This document shows positions 9,650 to 18,580 of a stretch of DNA of 64,000 nucleotides, one piece after another; the stretch's first letter is position 1; every line of letters begins with the position of its first letter. The stretch is from Candidatus Nanohaloarchaea archaeon (GTDB lineage Archaea > Nanohalarchaeota > Nanosalinia > Nanosalinales > Nanosalinaceae): assembly GCA_042218325.1 (NCBI GenBank), contig JBDGRE010000005.1, positions 9,055 through 73,054 on the forward strand, read 5' to 3'. The notes beneath the pieces were generated by a model, which saw only the letters and a program-made list of their open reading frames with translations, was not told where the DNA came from and searched no databases. The translations under genes and the position numbers were made by a program.

Positions 9650-9764
9650 AATACGAGGTAATACCGGAAGTTTTTGAATCAATCGCTTTTCCCACGGCTC
9701 TCCCACGCGTCTTTAAAACTCTCTGGTGCTTACTCGATGGTAACGTGATGACAATGCAAGGTGA

Positions 9765-10091
9765 CCGCGTTCACCAGGAAAGTTTCCAGAACTACTTCTA
9801 AAACCAGTAACAGTTCCAGCTCTACCGAAGGCATCCCGGAAAAGGGACGCCAGTGTTTTCACCTTCTCCGCGACCTTAGACAGCAAGGGGCGGATAACTA
9901 TACCTGCCCGTCTAAGGAACCGGCTCGAACTGGAAGAAGGTGAAGATATTTCTCTTACGCTCGGCGATTATGAGGTGATCACTGAAGAGGTCGGGAGCTA
10001 CCGGGAAGCTCTGGAATTTATTCGGTCGCTTGACTCAGTGGAGGGTTTCACCTACAGAGAAGGAGTGGTGGAGGTGGTTCTTGATGGCTGA
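9765..10091 (+). pseudogene. AbrB/SpoVT-like DNA-binding protein gene without an in-frame start codon (frame-disrupted or miscalled)
   Basis: Frame 3 is open from 9765 to TGA 10089-10091 and encodes ...ATLDSKGRITIPARLRNRLELEEGEDISLTL... (swapped-hairpin AbrB motif). No ATG/GTG/TTG occurs before codon GTG 9975. An ATG-started 17-codon ORF sits in the +1-offset frame at 9748. Confidence 0.45.
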
Positions 10092-10689
10092 CATAGCTAT
10101 CCCCAAGAACTCCTCGATGAACCGGGATGCCCTACAGTTCTACCGGGATGAGGGATACGCGATGGACGAACTTGAACCTGGTTCCCGGTGTTACAGGCAG
10201 GAGGTGGGGGAAGACAGTTTCTATCTGATGAAAGCTCAGGACATCCCTGAGGCGGTTTACAGCGGCAAGGTTGATGAAGGCGTGACCGGCTTCGATATCC
10301 TGCTGGACTACGCCTGCCGGGAAGATATCCCTCTATCTGCTTCAGGTTTCGAGAAGCTTGGTTTTGCCGAGGCGGATATAGTCTTGGCATCCCCTTCGGG
10401 AGGGTTCCCCGATTCAGGTCCGGTCACAGTGGCAACAAGCTACCCGGGACTTGCAGAGAACTATCTCAGTGGCCGTTACGAGCAGATAGACGTACGCGAA
10501 AAGATGGGCTCGGTCGAGCTTTTCCCCTGCTTCGAGGATATCGACGGGATACTGGAGGTCAAGGAGACCGGAAACACACTGGAGAAGAACGACCTGGAAG
10601 TGGTGGAGAAAGTTCTCGGGGATGGCACCGAGGCCGTCCGATTGAAAAATCCAGAGGGCCAAAGAAGGGACAGAGAGCTGGAAAAATGA
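10084..10689 (+). CDS. hisG: ATP phosphoribosyltransferase, short form
   Basis: 202 aa from ATG 10084. Motifs: IAIPKNSS..., GVTGFDILLD and GSVELFPCFEDIDGILEVKETGNTLEKNDLEVVEKV (HisG signature region). There is no C-terminal regulatory domain. Confidence 0.75.
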   Translation: MADIAIPKNSSMNRDALQFYRDEGYAMDELEPGSRCYRQEVGEDSFYLMKAQDIPEAVYSGKVDEGVTGFDILLDYACREDIPLSASGFEKLGFAEADIVLASPSGGFPDSGPVTVATSYPGLAENYLSGRYEQIDVREKMGSVELFPCFEDIDGILEVKETGNTLEKNDLEVVEKVLGDGTEAVRLKNPEGQRRDRELEK

Positions 10690-11984
10690 CTGAGATAAAG
10701 GGCCTGAAAGGTTTCTACGACCGGTACCCGGACGAGTGGGCTACCTGGAGAAAACTTATCGATACAGTCGAGGAGACCGCCAGGGAGTTCGGCTTCCGGG
10801 AGAACAAGACGCCCTCGGTGGAGAGAGCGGACCTGTACCGTGTCAAGTCGGGAGAGGAGATGATGGACCAGATGTACAGCTTCGAGGATAAAGGCGGAAG
10901 AGAGGTATCGCTGATACCCGAGCAGACGCCTACTCGTGCGAGGATGATACAGTCGCGGAAGGATCTCAAGACTCCGGTGAAGTGGTTCGATACCTCGAAG
11001 AGATGGAGGTACGAAGAAGTTCAGCGAGGCCGGGACCGGGAGTTCTTCCAGACCGATATCGACATCTTCGGCATAGAATCCGTGGGCGCGGAAGCAGAGG
11101 TAATCGCATGCGCCGCGACCATATACCAGAAACTCGGGCTCGAGAACCGAGTCGAGTTCCTGGTAAACAACCGCGAGCTGCTGGAGGCCATACTCGATGT
11201 CTACGGTATCGAGGAAAAAGAGGCCGCGATGGGCGTCATCGATGACAGGGAGAAGATGACCCGCGAAGAGTTCATAGAAGATCTGAAGGAGGAAGGCATC
11301 CCCAGCTCACAGGCGAAACAGGTCGAAGAGATAACCTCGATATCCGGGCCGATAGAGGATACGGTCGAGGAGCTGAGGGACAAGATACCGGCGGAGGCCG
11401 AGGACTCGGTGGACAGGATGGAGGAGCTGGGGGAGATGCTGAGGTCCTATGGTGTCGAGGACATGTGCAAACTGGACCTCTCCATAGTGAGAGGGTTCGC
11501 TTACTACACCGGCCTGGTCTTCGAGGCGTTTGATGCCGAAAGGGAGCTGAGGGCTCTGTTCGGCGGCGGCCGGTACGACACCCTGGTCGGCCTGTTCGGC
11601 GACCGGGAGGTCCCGGCGGTCGGCTTCGGCTTCGGATACTCCACTACGATGGAACTCCTCAGGAAAGAAGACAGGTACCCTCTAAGAGAAGTCGAGACCG
11701 ATGTGTATGTCCTGAGTGCCTCCCGGTCGGTCTACAGTACGGCGCTCGACTACGCGAGGAAGTTAAGAGAGAAAGGCCTGTCTGTCGAGACCGATCTTGC
11801 GGGTAGGAGCTTCGGCAACCAGCTGGAGTACGCTGATTCCATGAACGCCCGCCGGGTACTGGTAGTCGGCGAACGCGACCTCGAGAACGGCGAGGTAACG
11901 ATGAAGCACATGGACTCCGGCGAGGAGGAGAAAGTCGACCGCGACTCGGTGATCGACCACCTCGCGAAAGAGGGCCTAATCTAG
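10686..11984 (+). CDS. hisS: Histidine--tRNA ligase
   Basis: Class II motifs LIPEQTPTRARM, RWRYEEVQRGRDREFFQ, GGGRYDTL and GFGFG, plus a C-terminal anticodon-binding-type domain. The ATG overlaps the hisG TGA (ATGA). Confidence 0.85.
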   Translation: MTEIKGLKGFYDRYPDEWATWRKLIDTVEETAREFGFRENKTPSVERADLYRVKSGEEMMDQMYSFEDKGGREVSLIPEQTPTRARMIQSRKDLKTPVKWFDTSKRWRYEEVQRGRDREFFQTDIDIFGIESVGAEAEVIACAATIYQKLGLENRVEFLVNNRELLEAILDVYGIEEKEAAMGVIDDREKMTREEFIEDLKEEGIPSSQAKQVEEITSISGPIEDTVEELRDKIPAEAEDSVDRMEELGEMLRSYGVEDMCKLDLSIVRGFAYYTGLVFEAFDAERELRALFGGGRYDTLVGLFGDREVPAVGFGFGYSTTMELLRKEDRYPLREVETDVYVLSASRSVYSTALDYARKLREKGLSVETDLAGRSFGNQLEYADSMNARRVLVVGERDLENGEVTMKHMDSGEEEKVDRDSVIDHLAKEGLI

Positions 11985-12451
11985 ATGGATAGTTCCTCTT
12001 CAAGGGCTTGAATTGCGGGACCCCAGTCGTTTTCCATCTTGGCCCGGAATTCCTTTAGAGGGCGTTCTATCCTTCCAGCAGCATCTGCTTCCCTGAAATC
12101 TTCCATGTCCTTCTCTATATGGTCAAGTTCTCCCTCTACTTCGTCCATCCTCCCGGGTGAAAGACCTGTCTTCTTGAGGTCTTCCGCAACTGCTGCATCG
12201 GAAGAGGCACTTTTTACGTCCTGCTTGAATTTCTTCACCTCGGCACGAACCTTCTCCACTCTCTCCTCCAGTTCCTCCATCTCTATCTCGACATCGGTAG
12301 CAGCTTTTTCCCCCGACATATCTTCCCCCTCGTTCCTGAGGAACCTTTTCCCACTCTCTATTATCTTTTGCAGGGCCGTGATTATAGTCCCGTCTTCCGC
12401 GGCGAGTTTCTGTTCCACCTTATCCTTCTTGCTACTCCTGAAAAGCCCCAT
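11981..12451 (-). CDS. Hypothetical coiled-coil protein
   Basis: 156 aa with an N-terminal MGLFRSSKK followed by long E/K-rich helices. No family recognised. Confidence 0.4.
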   Translation of the reverse strand: MGLFRSSKKDKVEQKLAAEDGTIITALQKIIESGKRFLRNEGEDMSGEKAATDVEIEMEELEERVEKVRAEVKKFKQDVKSASSDAAVAEDLKKTGLSPGRMDEVEGELDHIEKDMEDFREADAAGRIERPLKEFRAKMENDWGPAIQALEEELSI

Positions 12452-12479
12452 AAATCAACATCTGGGAGCCTCTCGTTTT

Positions 12480-12869
12480 TCAAGCCTTCCCGAAATCTCC
12501 AAGATTGCTCTGCTGCTGTTCCCGTTCCTCCATGAAGAAGTTGTACTCCCGGGCCACCCAGCGCGACAGCAGTGACGAAATCGACTCGACCTGGTTGTCT
12601 GTCAGCTCCTTGTCATCCGGGATGCCGTGCGCGAGATGCATCTCCTCGCGGGAGGCCACGTTACAGGCGTGCATCGCCTTGTAAACCGGATTTCCTCCTA
12701 TCGGGGTCTGCTCCCCGTCGTTCCCGGGTTTTTTCCGCAACTTCTTCTCCACCATGCTTCGGGCCTGCTCCCGGACACCATCGATACCTACCTGCTGTAT
12801 CAGCTCGATATCCTGTTCGTCCAGCCTCGGCTTAGAGACGTCGCGTCCCGGGAGTTTTAACCTCCGCAT
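12480..12869 (-). CDS. Conserved-looking hypothetical protein
   Basis: 129-aa ORF with host-like composition. No motif recognised. Confidence 0.4.
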   Translation of the reverse strand: MRRLKLPGRDVSKPRLDEQDIELIQQVGIDGVREQARSMVEKKLRKKPGNDGEQTPIGGNPVYKAMHACNVASREEMHLAHGIPDDKELTDNQVESISSLLSRWVAREYNFFMEEREQQQSNLGDFGKA

Positions 12870-12908
12870 ATGACGGTGTTATAGGGTGCGAAGGTTTTAA
12901 GGATCGAG

Positions 12909-13426
12909 CTACCCGATGCCGAAACCCTCTGGAGGCCCGTGCGTGTCCCAGGGCTCTACAAGTTCTCCGGCGGAGGCCTTCTTCAATTCATGCAGCGCCC
13001 TTTGCGGGCCTATGTCATCTATACCGAGCTCCATCGCGGCCTTCAGTTCTGCCGCTATCTCGCCTATCCAGTCGACACCGCATTCACGGTAAAGCTCTGT
13101 GAAGTAGTCGTGGATCCATGAAGTCTCCGAATCCAGTTCCTTCAGATCTTCCCGTATTTCCCCCTCAAGCTCTTCGGCCTCACCTTCCGAACTCTTGACG
13201 AGTAGAGTGCCAGCAGCAGGAACTCTTTCTCCATCGCCAGGCTGTCGACCTCCTGCTCCAGCTCTTTCTTGTGCCTGGTGAACGCTCTCATCGCCGCGAC
13301 CTTCTCCTCTTGCTGTACCTTGGTCGTCAGCTGCTGGAGCTGTTCCTGGATGACCCTGGCCCAGTTCTTCTGATCCACTGACTCCGCTATCTCCGCGGCC
13401 TTCTCCACCCTGTTCGACTGCTGCAT
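12909..13426 (-). pseudogene. Hypothetical coiled-coil protein gene split by a -1 frame change
   Basis: The ATG 13426 frame turns into junk (...EKEFLLLALYSSRVRKVRPKSLRGKYGKI*) near 13200-13230. The -1 frame continues with acidic, host-like sequence (LLVKSSEGEAEELEGEIREDLKELDSETSWIHDYFTELYRECGVDW...GFGIG*) to TAG 12909-12911 and has no start of its own. Confidence 0.45.
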
Positions 13427-13478
13427 AACCGGAGATTGGTGGAGCCGATTAAAAACTTTGGAGGGCCTTCAGGAACAC

Positions 13479-14675
13479 ATGCCATACAAAATCGGACTGG
13501 TAGGAAAGCCCAGTGTGGGCAAGTCGACGTTCTTCAACGCCGCGACGATGGATGATGTGGACGAGGGCGCGTACCCGTTCACCACCATCGACCCGTCGGT
13601 CGGTGAGGCGTACGTCCGCGTCCAGTGTGCGGCTCCGGAGTTCGACCAGGGCTGCGATCCCCGCGTCAGCTTCTGCATCGAAGGAACCCGCTTTGTTCCT
13701 GTCCAGCTCGTGGATGTGGCGGGGCTTATACCCGGTGCGCACGAGGGAAAAGGGCTCGGCAACAAGTTCCTGACCGACCTCAATGAGGCCGACGTGCTTG
13801 TCCACATAGTCGACTTTTCAGGCAAGACGGACGAGGAGGGGGAGCCGACCGAGGGCCACGACCCGCGGGAGGACATCGACTTCCTCGAAGAGGAGCTCGA
13901 CATGTGGTACCTCGAGATACTGGAGAAAGGTATCGACCGTTACGAGTCGAAGAACAACCAGCCTGATACGAAACTGGAGGAGGAGCTGGCGGAGCAGATG
14001 AGCGCGTTCAAGATATCGAAGAACCGCATCAAGCAAATCATCCTGTCGCTCGACTTCAAGCTGGAGCCCGATAGCTGGGACGAAAGCGACCGTGAAAAAC
14101 TGGCGCGGGAGATAAGGAAGGATACCAAGCCGATGGTCATCGCCGCCAACAAAATGGACACCGAGGCAGCGCGGGAGAACTACGAGGAGATAACCTCGGA
14201 CCCGGATTACGAACACCTCACCATCGTGCCCTGCAGCGCGCACGCGGAGAAGGCGCTGAAGAACGCGGAGGAGAAAGACATAGTTGACTATGTCCCGGGG
14301 AGCAGCGAGTTCGAGGTACTTGAAGAGCTGCCGGAGGAGAAAAAGGAAGGGCTGGAGGAGATACGGGATTTCATCGACGAGTTCGGGAGCACCGGCGTCC
14401 AGGACGCGCTGGAGAAGGCCCTGTTCGACGAGCTCGGAGTCATCGCGGTGTTCCCTGGCGGCACCGACGGCCTCGAGGACGACCACGGCCGCGTACTTCC
14501 TGACTGCTTCCTTCTACCGGAAGGTTCGACTGCGGAGGACTTCGCCTACGAACTCCACTCCGATATCGGCGAGGGTTTCCTCCACGCGATAGATGTCAGG
14601 GAGAAACGGCAGATAGGGGCGGACCACGAACTCGGCCATCGTGATGTCGTCAAGGTGGAGTCCAGCAACCAGTGA
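13479..14675 (+). CDS. Obg-like ATPase/GTPase of the YchF/OLA1 type with C-terminal TGS-like domain
   Basis: P-loop GLVGKPSVGKSTFFNA and G-motifs (DVAGLIPGAHEG, AANKMD). Start set at MPYKIGLVG. Confidence 0.8.
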   Translation: MPYKIGLVGKPSVGKSTFFNAATMDDVDEGAYPFTTIDPSVGEAYVRVQCAAPEFDQGCDPRVSFCIEGTRFVPVQLVDVAGLIPGAHEGKGLGNKFLTDLNEADVLVHIVDFSGKTDEEGEPTEGHDPREDIDFLEEELDMWYLEILEKGIDRYESKNNQPDTKLEEELAEQMSAFKISKNRIKQIILSLDFKLEPDSWDESDREKLAREIRKDTKPMVIAANKMDTEAARENYEEITSDPDYEHLTIVPCSAHAEKALKNAEEKDIVDYVPGSSEFEVLEELPEEKKEGLEEIRDFIDEFGSTGVQDALEKALFDELGVIAVFPGGTDGLEDDHGRVLPDCFLLPEGSTAEDFAYELHSDIGEGFLHAIDVREKRQIGADHELGHRDVVKVESSNQ

Positions 14676-14701
14676 AAAAAATAAAGAAAAGGAAAGAAGA
14701 C

Positions 14702-15295
14702 TCAGAAGAGGCCTGAAAGCCAGTTGATGAACCCTGTCAGCATCCCTCTGTTCTGTGGCGGCTGTTCCTCCGACGGTTCCTGGCTGCTGTAGCCCGGATG
14801 CGTCAGTGTCTCGACTTTCTGTCCGTCGTGCCTGACCTCCAGCCTGAAGGGTGCGTCGGTCTGGAAGGTGGCGCTGTAATCGATTGCGGTAAGGACCTGT
14901 GCGCAACCCGTGCCGTTCCGGTCCATCTGGTCTTTCTCCGTCTTCACGTTGATGATGTAGCTGTTCTCGCCTGTCTCGTTCAGGCTGTGACCGATGACGT
15001 GGCACGGCGTCCCTGCGACTATCTCGCCGGTAAAGGCTACTTTCCGCTTCTCCCCGTCGCTGGAGAAGCTCGCGTTACCGGCGCTGCCTATCGGGTCCTC
15101 GGCTGTGTGCCGGCCCTGCATCGAGACCGTCGCGCGGTAAGCGGTGCCGTTCGGGCCTGCCGCGACCGTCCCTGAGGCGCTTGAGCTCCCTGAATCCATG
15201 ATGTGCATGTCTCCTCCTGAGCCGTTGTAGCCGACCACTGCGGTCGCCCCGCTGGCTATGAGTAAAAGTGCTGCGGTAAGTGCTGTTCGTTTCAT
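14702..15295 (-). CDS. Secreted hypothetical protein
   Basis: N-terminal signal-like MKRTALTAALLLIASGATAVVG. 197 aa. Confidence 0.45.
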   Translation of the reverse strand: MKRTALTAALLLIASGATAVVGYNGSGGDMHIMDSGSSSASGTVAAGPNGTAYRATVSMQGRHTAEDPIGSAGNASFSSDGEKRKVAFTGEIVAGTPCHVIGHSLNETGENSYIINVKTEKDQMDRNGTGCAQVLTAIDYSATFQTDAPFRLEVRHDGQKVETLTHPGYSSQEPSEEQPPQNRGMLTGFINWLSGLF

Positions 15296-15389
15296 ACCTC
15301 GAGCTTTGTGGCCAGCAGTTTAAAAGGGAGTCGAAGCTGTTCGGGCGGCGCCGAACATGTTTTGAAATTCGTTCATCCAACACCGTGGT

Positions 15390-15920
15390 ATGGCGCCGGA
15401 TACCGGGTTCATCGAGAGATACCTCCAGCTCTACGACGAGACGCAGGGCGTGCTGCCGGGGAAGTTGGAGGAGTTCGGCGAGGCCTACCGCAGCCAGGGT
15501 TACCTGACGCGGGACCAGCTGTATGAAATCGCGTACGAGTCGTCGACCCGGAGCGCCCACCACGTGAAGGACAACACGGAGGAACAGTGCAGGGAGATAA
15601 CAGGTAATGTAATAGAGGTGGACGGCGATCTCTCGAAGATGGCGCTTTTGACTGCGTTGAAGGGTTTCAAGGCGCCGACCGCCTCATGTGTTCTAGCTGC
15701 GCTGGACTTTCGGCACGCTGTGGTCGACACCCGGGTGTGGGCGTCGCTGGAGAGGCTGGACTATCTTGAGGGCTGGAAAGAGTCTTTCGACGCCCGCGAC
15801 TACGTTGAGATGATACAGCCGATAAGAGGCATCGCGGAGGAAACCGGTTTTTCACCTCGCGAAGTCGGCTATGCGCTGTTCGCCCACGACTACGATGTTC
15901 GGGAGGGCACGCTGCATTGA
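15390..15920 (+). CDS. Hypothetical protein
   Basis: 176-aa ORF with host-like composition. No family recognised. Confidence 0.4.
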   Translation: MAPDTGFIERYLQLYDETQGVLPGKLEEFGEAYRSQGYLTRDQLYEIAYESSTRSAHHVKDNTEEQCREITGNVIEVDGDLSKMALLTALKGFKAPTASCVLAALDFRHAVVDTRVWASLERLDYLEGWKESFDARDYVEMIQPIRGIAEETGFSPREVGYALFAHDYDVREGTLH

Positions 15921-15975
15921 GAGGGAGCTATAAAGCTTCCGGTCGAATAACAGGTTACAGAGGAAAGTTTGAGGT

Positions 15976-17109
15976 ATGAGTTTTACGAGTCTTGACATTT
16001 CGAAAGATATAGTTGATAACCTGGAGAAACACGGTATCACGGAGCCCACCGAGGTACAGGAAAAATCCATCCCCCACATACATATAGGGGAGGACGTCCT
16101 GGTCGAGTCGGAGACCGGCTCAGGGAAGACACTGGCGTTCTCCCTGCCCATCATGGAAAGGGTATCGGGCAGCGACACCCAGGCGCTCGTGCTTTCTCCC
16201 ACGCGGGAGCTTGCGAAGCAGATAGCCGAGGAGATAGACAAGGCCGCCACGGAAGAGATCGAAACAGTTACCATCTACGGCGGCGTCTCCTACGGCCCGC
16301 AGGTGAAGGGCGCGAAGAACGCCAATATCGTCGTCGGAACACCCGGACGCGTTCTCGACCTTCTGAAGCAGGGCAAGCTCGACGTCTCCACGCTGGAGTA
16401 CTTCGTGCTCGATGAGGCTGACCGGATGCTCGACATGGGATTCCAAAACGAGCTCGAGGCCATAATCGACTTCCTGCCGGACGACAGGCAGAACCTTCTG
16501 TTCGGGGCGACCATCCCTCCGGACCTGAAGAAGATGTGCGACCGCTACGATATCGACCCGGAGGTCATCCGGATAAAGAAGAAAACACATACAAGGAACC
16601 TCTCCGAGAAATACATCGACTGCAAGTCGAACAGGAAGCTCAGCACGCTTTACACGCTTCTGAAGAAGAGGGAAAGAGACCTGTCGCTGGTCTTCTGCCG
16701 CACCAAGAACACGACCCGTTGGCTGGCGGACAAGCTCCGGAAGAACGGTATCGACGCGCAGGAGCTGAACGGCGACATGTCCCAGCACCAGCGCGAGGAC
16801 GTCGTGGAGGACTTCGAGGACGGCAAGATAAACGTTATCGTGGCGACGGACGTGGCGGCGAGAGGGCTCGACATCGACGATATCTCTCACGTCTTCAACT
16901 ACGATGTCCCGGACACTTTCGACACATACACTCACAGGGTCGGCCGCGCAGGGAGACAGGGCCGCGAGGGCGAGGCGATAACGCTGCTGGAGAAGGACCA
17001 GCACCGCAAGTTCCGGAAGATCAAGCGCGGGAAGAAAGGCGTGAAGAACTCCACCAAGATAGAGAAGATGGACCGCGACGAGCTCGACCTGAAGCGAGTC
17101 AAGACCTGA
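15976..17109 (+). CDS. DEAD-box ATP-dependent RNA helicase
   Basis: Motifs ETGSGKT, PTRELA, DEAD (VLDEADRML), a SAT-like GAT and HRVGRAGRQG. Confidence 0.85.
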   Translation: MSFTSLDISKDIVDNLEKHGITEPTEVQEKSIPHIHIGEDVLVESETGSGKTLAFSLPIMERVSGSDTQALVLSPTRELAKQIAEEIDKAATEEIETVTIYGGVSYGPQVKGAKNANIVVGTPGRVLDLLKQGKLDVSTLEYFVLDEADRMLDMGFQNELEAIIDFLPDDRQNLLFGATIPPDLKKMCDRYDIDPEVIRIKKKTHTRNLSEKYIDCKSNRKLSTLYTLLKKRERDLSLVFCRTKNTTRWLADKLRKNGIDAQELNGDMSQHQREDVVEDFEDGKINVIVATDVAARGLDIDDISHVFNYDVPDTFDTYTHRVGRAGRQGREGEAITLLEKDQHRKFRKIKRGKKGVKNSTKIEKMDRDELDLKRVKT

Positions 17110-17142
17110 AGTTTTAAGACGCGGCCCTGGTAAGGGTATTCC

Positions 17143-17406
17143 ATGGCAGAAGAAGCCAGGCTGGAACCTGTCAGCATGGGCGCCGCTTTCGGCGTCATCT
17201 ACGCCCTATTCATGCTCGCTCTCGGTCTTTCAGCCTATACTGTCGGCTGGGGTACTGAAATTGTGGGCATGATGTCGTCGCTCTATGTAGGCTTCGCAGC
17301 GACTGTAACCGGAAGCCTTGTCGGGGCGGTATGGGGCGCAGTCGACGGTTTTATCCTCGGCTACCTGCTGGCCTGGACCTACAACACAGTGCTTAAACGC
17401 CGCTGA
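17143..17406 (+). CDS. Small membrane protein
   Basis: 87 aa with three hydrophobic G/A-rich helices. Confidence 0.45.
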   Translation: MAEEARLEPVSMGAAFGVIYALFMLALGLSAYTVGWGTEIVGMMSSLYVGFAATVTGSLVGAVWGAVDGFILGYLLAWTYNTVLKRR

Positions 17407-17455
17407 ACGCTCCAGCAGCAAGGATTTCATAAGCATGTGAACTAAAGGTTCTTCT

Positions 17456-17905
17456 ATGCCGCGAAGATTCATAGTAGAGGGTGCAAGCCTGCTGGAAAGT
17501 GAGGGCAAGTTCTTGCTTGTGAACAGGGACGGTCTCTGGGGTTTCCCGTCGGCTGTCATGGAGAAAGACGAGGACATGCCGGTCGAATGCGCACGTTGGG
17601 AGACCATGCAGGAGACCTCGGCCCGGGTGGAGCCCGAGCAGCTGGTGGGTGTCTACCTGACACCTGTCGAGAACCGCGCCCACGACATGATGAGTTTTGT
17701 CTACAGGTGCAGCATCGCCTCCGGAGAACCCGGTGAACGGAAGGGCGTCGAGACCGGCTGGTTCACGCCGGACGAGATAAAGGAGCTCGAGCTCGAGGCG
17801 CCTTACGTAGTCAAGGCCGTGCAGGACACCAGGAACGGCGACACGGGTCCGCCTGACCTCGTGCAGGCCTGGAGAAAGACCGAAGAGATACGCTACGGCG
17901 AATAG
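17456..17905 (+). CDS. NUDIX hydrolase
   Basis: Nudix-box-like GFPSAVMEKDEDMPVECARWETMQETS. 149 aa. Confidence 0.65.
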   Translation: MPRRFIVEGASLLESEGKFLLVNRDGLWGFPSAVMEKDEDMPVECARWETMQETSARVEPEQLVGVYLTPVENRAHDMMSFVYRCSIASGEPGERKGVETGWFTPDEIKELELEAPYVVKAVQDTRNGDTGPPDLVQAWRKTEEIRYGE

Positions 17906-17932
17906 ATGTTTGCCCGTTGAGTAATTAAATGT

Positions 17933-18244
17933 GTGCTTCGATACAGTTGTCCTGTGTCACTCGTCGATCCCAAGTACGGTGAAGAAGAGCTGATGGACAG
18001 GGTAGATGCTGTCTCCGGCTACGCCGGCCTCCTTGAGGAACAGGTAACGGTGTACGCGGCCGCCCTCGACGGATACCAAGAAGGGTCTATGGAGGAATCA
18101 GGGCTCGAGTCCGCGGTACAGGATGTCGTGGTGAGCTTGGGCAATGTTTTCGACGTGGTCGAGGAACTTGATGAGCTGGCCGCAGACGAAAACTGGGTGG
18201 CGGCGGTCAAACGGGACGGCGAGGCAGGTTTCCTGGATCTCTAG
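17933..18244 (+). CDS. Hypothetical acidic protein (same frame as 18266-18577, separated by TAG)
   Basis: 103-aa ORF; the probable start is ATG 17993. It ends with TAG 18242-18244. Confidence 0.35.
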   Translation: MLRYSCPVSLVDPKYGEEELMDRVDAVSGYAGLLEEQVTVYAAALDGYQEGSMEESGLESAVQDVVVSLGNVFDVVEELDELAADENWVAAVKRDGEAGFLDL

Positions 18245-18265
18245 AGGTGGTGCTCGCAGCTGGCC

Positions 18266-18577
18266 ATGTTCAATGGTGTCTCGGATTTTGGCGATCTTGT
18301 GCATCTCTGCTACCAGGTCCAGCACAACGATATAGAGGCAGTGACAGAGTTACGGGAGGAAGGAACTCCTGACGCGCCGACCGCCCTCGTCGCGAACTCG
18401 GACTATATAGTCGATACATGGGAAAGGCTTGACAGCCAGTATGACCAGGTCATAGAGGAGGAGGACCGGGCAAGGGAATTGTTGGACGAAAAAGGCATCC
18501 AAGGCCCGGAGCCGCCGATACTCAGGCTACTGGGTAAAAAGAGGGAGAATGCCCGCAAGCTCAACTCGGAGGTCTGA
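18266..18577 (+). CDS. Hypothetical acidic protein
   Basis: 103-aa ORF in the same frame as the upstream ORF, with only TAG plus 7 sense codons between them. Confidence 0.35.
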   Translation: MFNGVSDFGDLVHLCYQVQHNDIEAVTELREEGTPDAPTALVANSDYIVDTWERLDSQYDQVIEEEDRARELLDEKGIQGPEPPILRLLGKKRENARKLNSEV

Positions 18578-18580
18578 AGT

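Noticed and set aside
9761-9943. 60-aa ORF (GTG start) listed in the track
   Set aside because: Its translation is low-complexity and S/T/R-rich. The overlapping frame encodes a recognisable AbrB motif, so this ORF is the off-frame shadow.
12939-13121. 60-aa plus-strand ORF
   Set aside because: It lies antisense to the acidic, coding-like continuation of the frame-shifted minus-strand gene 12909-13426.
16120-17004. 294-aa minus-strand ORF, and similar long antisense ORFs at 13818-14486, 38339-39052, 46315-47175, 50492-51040, 52196-52867, 53251-53733, 54175-54879, 59188-59709, 60511-61122, 61743-62423 and 62553-63101
   Set aside because: Each lies opposite a gene with strong family motifs or better coding character. 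They have no independent start context and have unnatural amino-acid composition.
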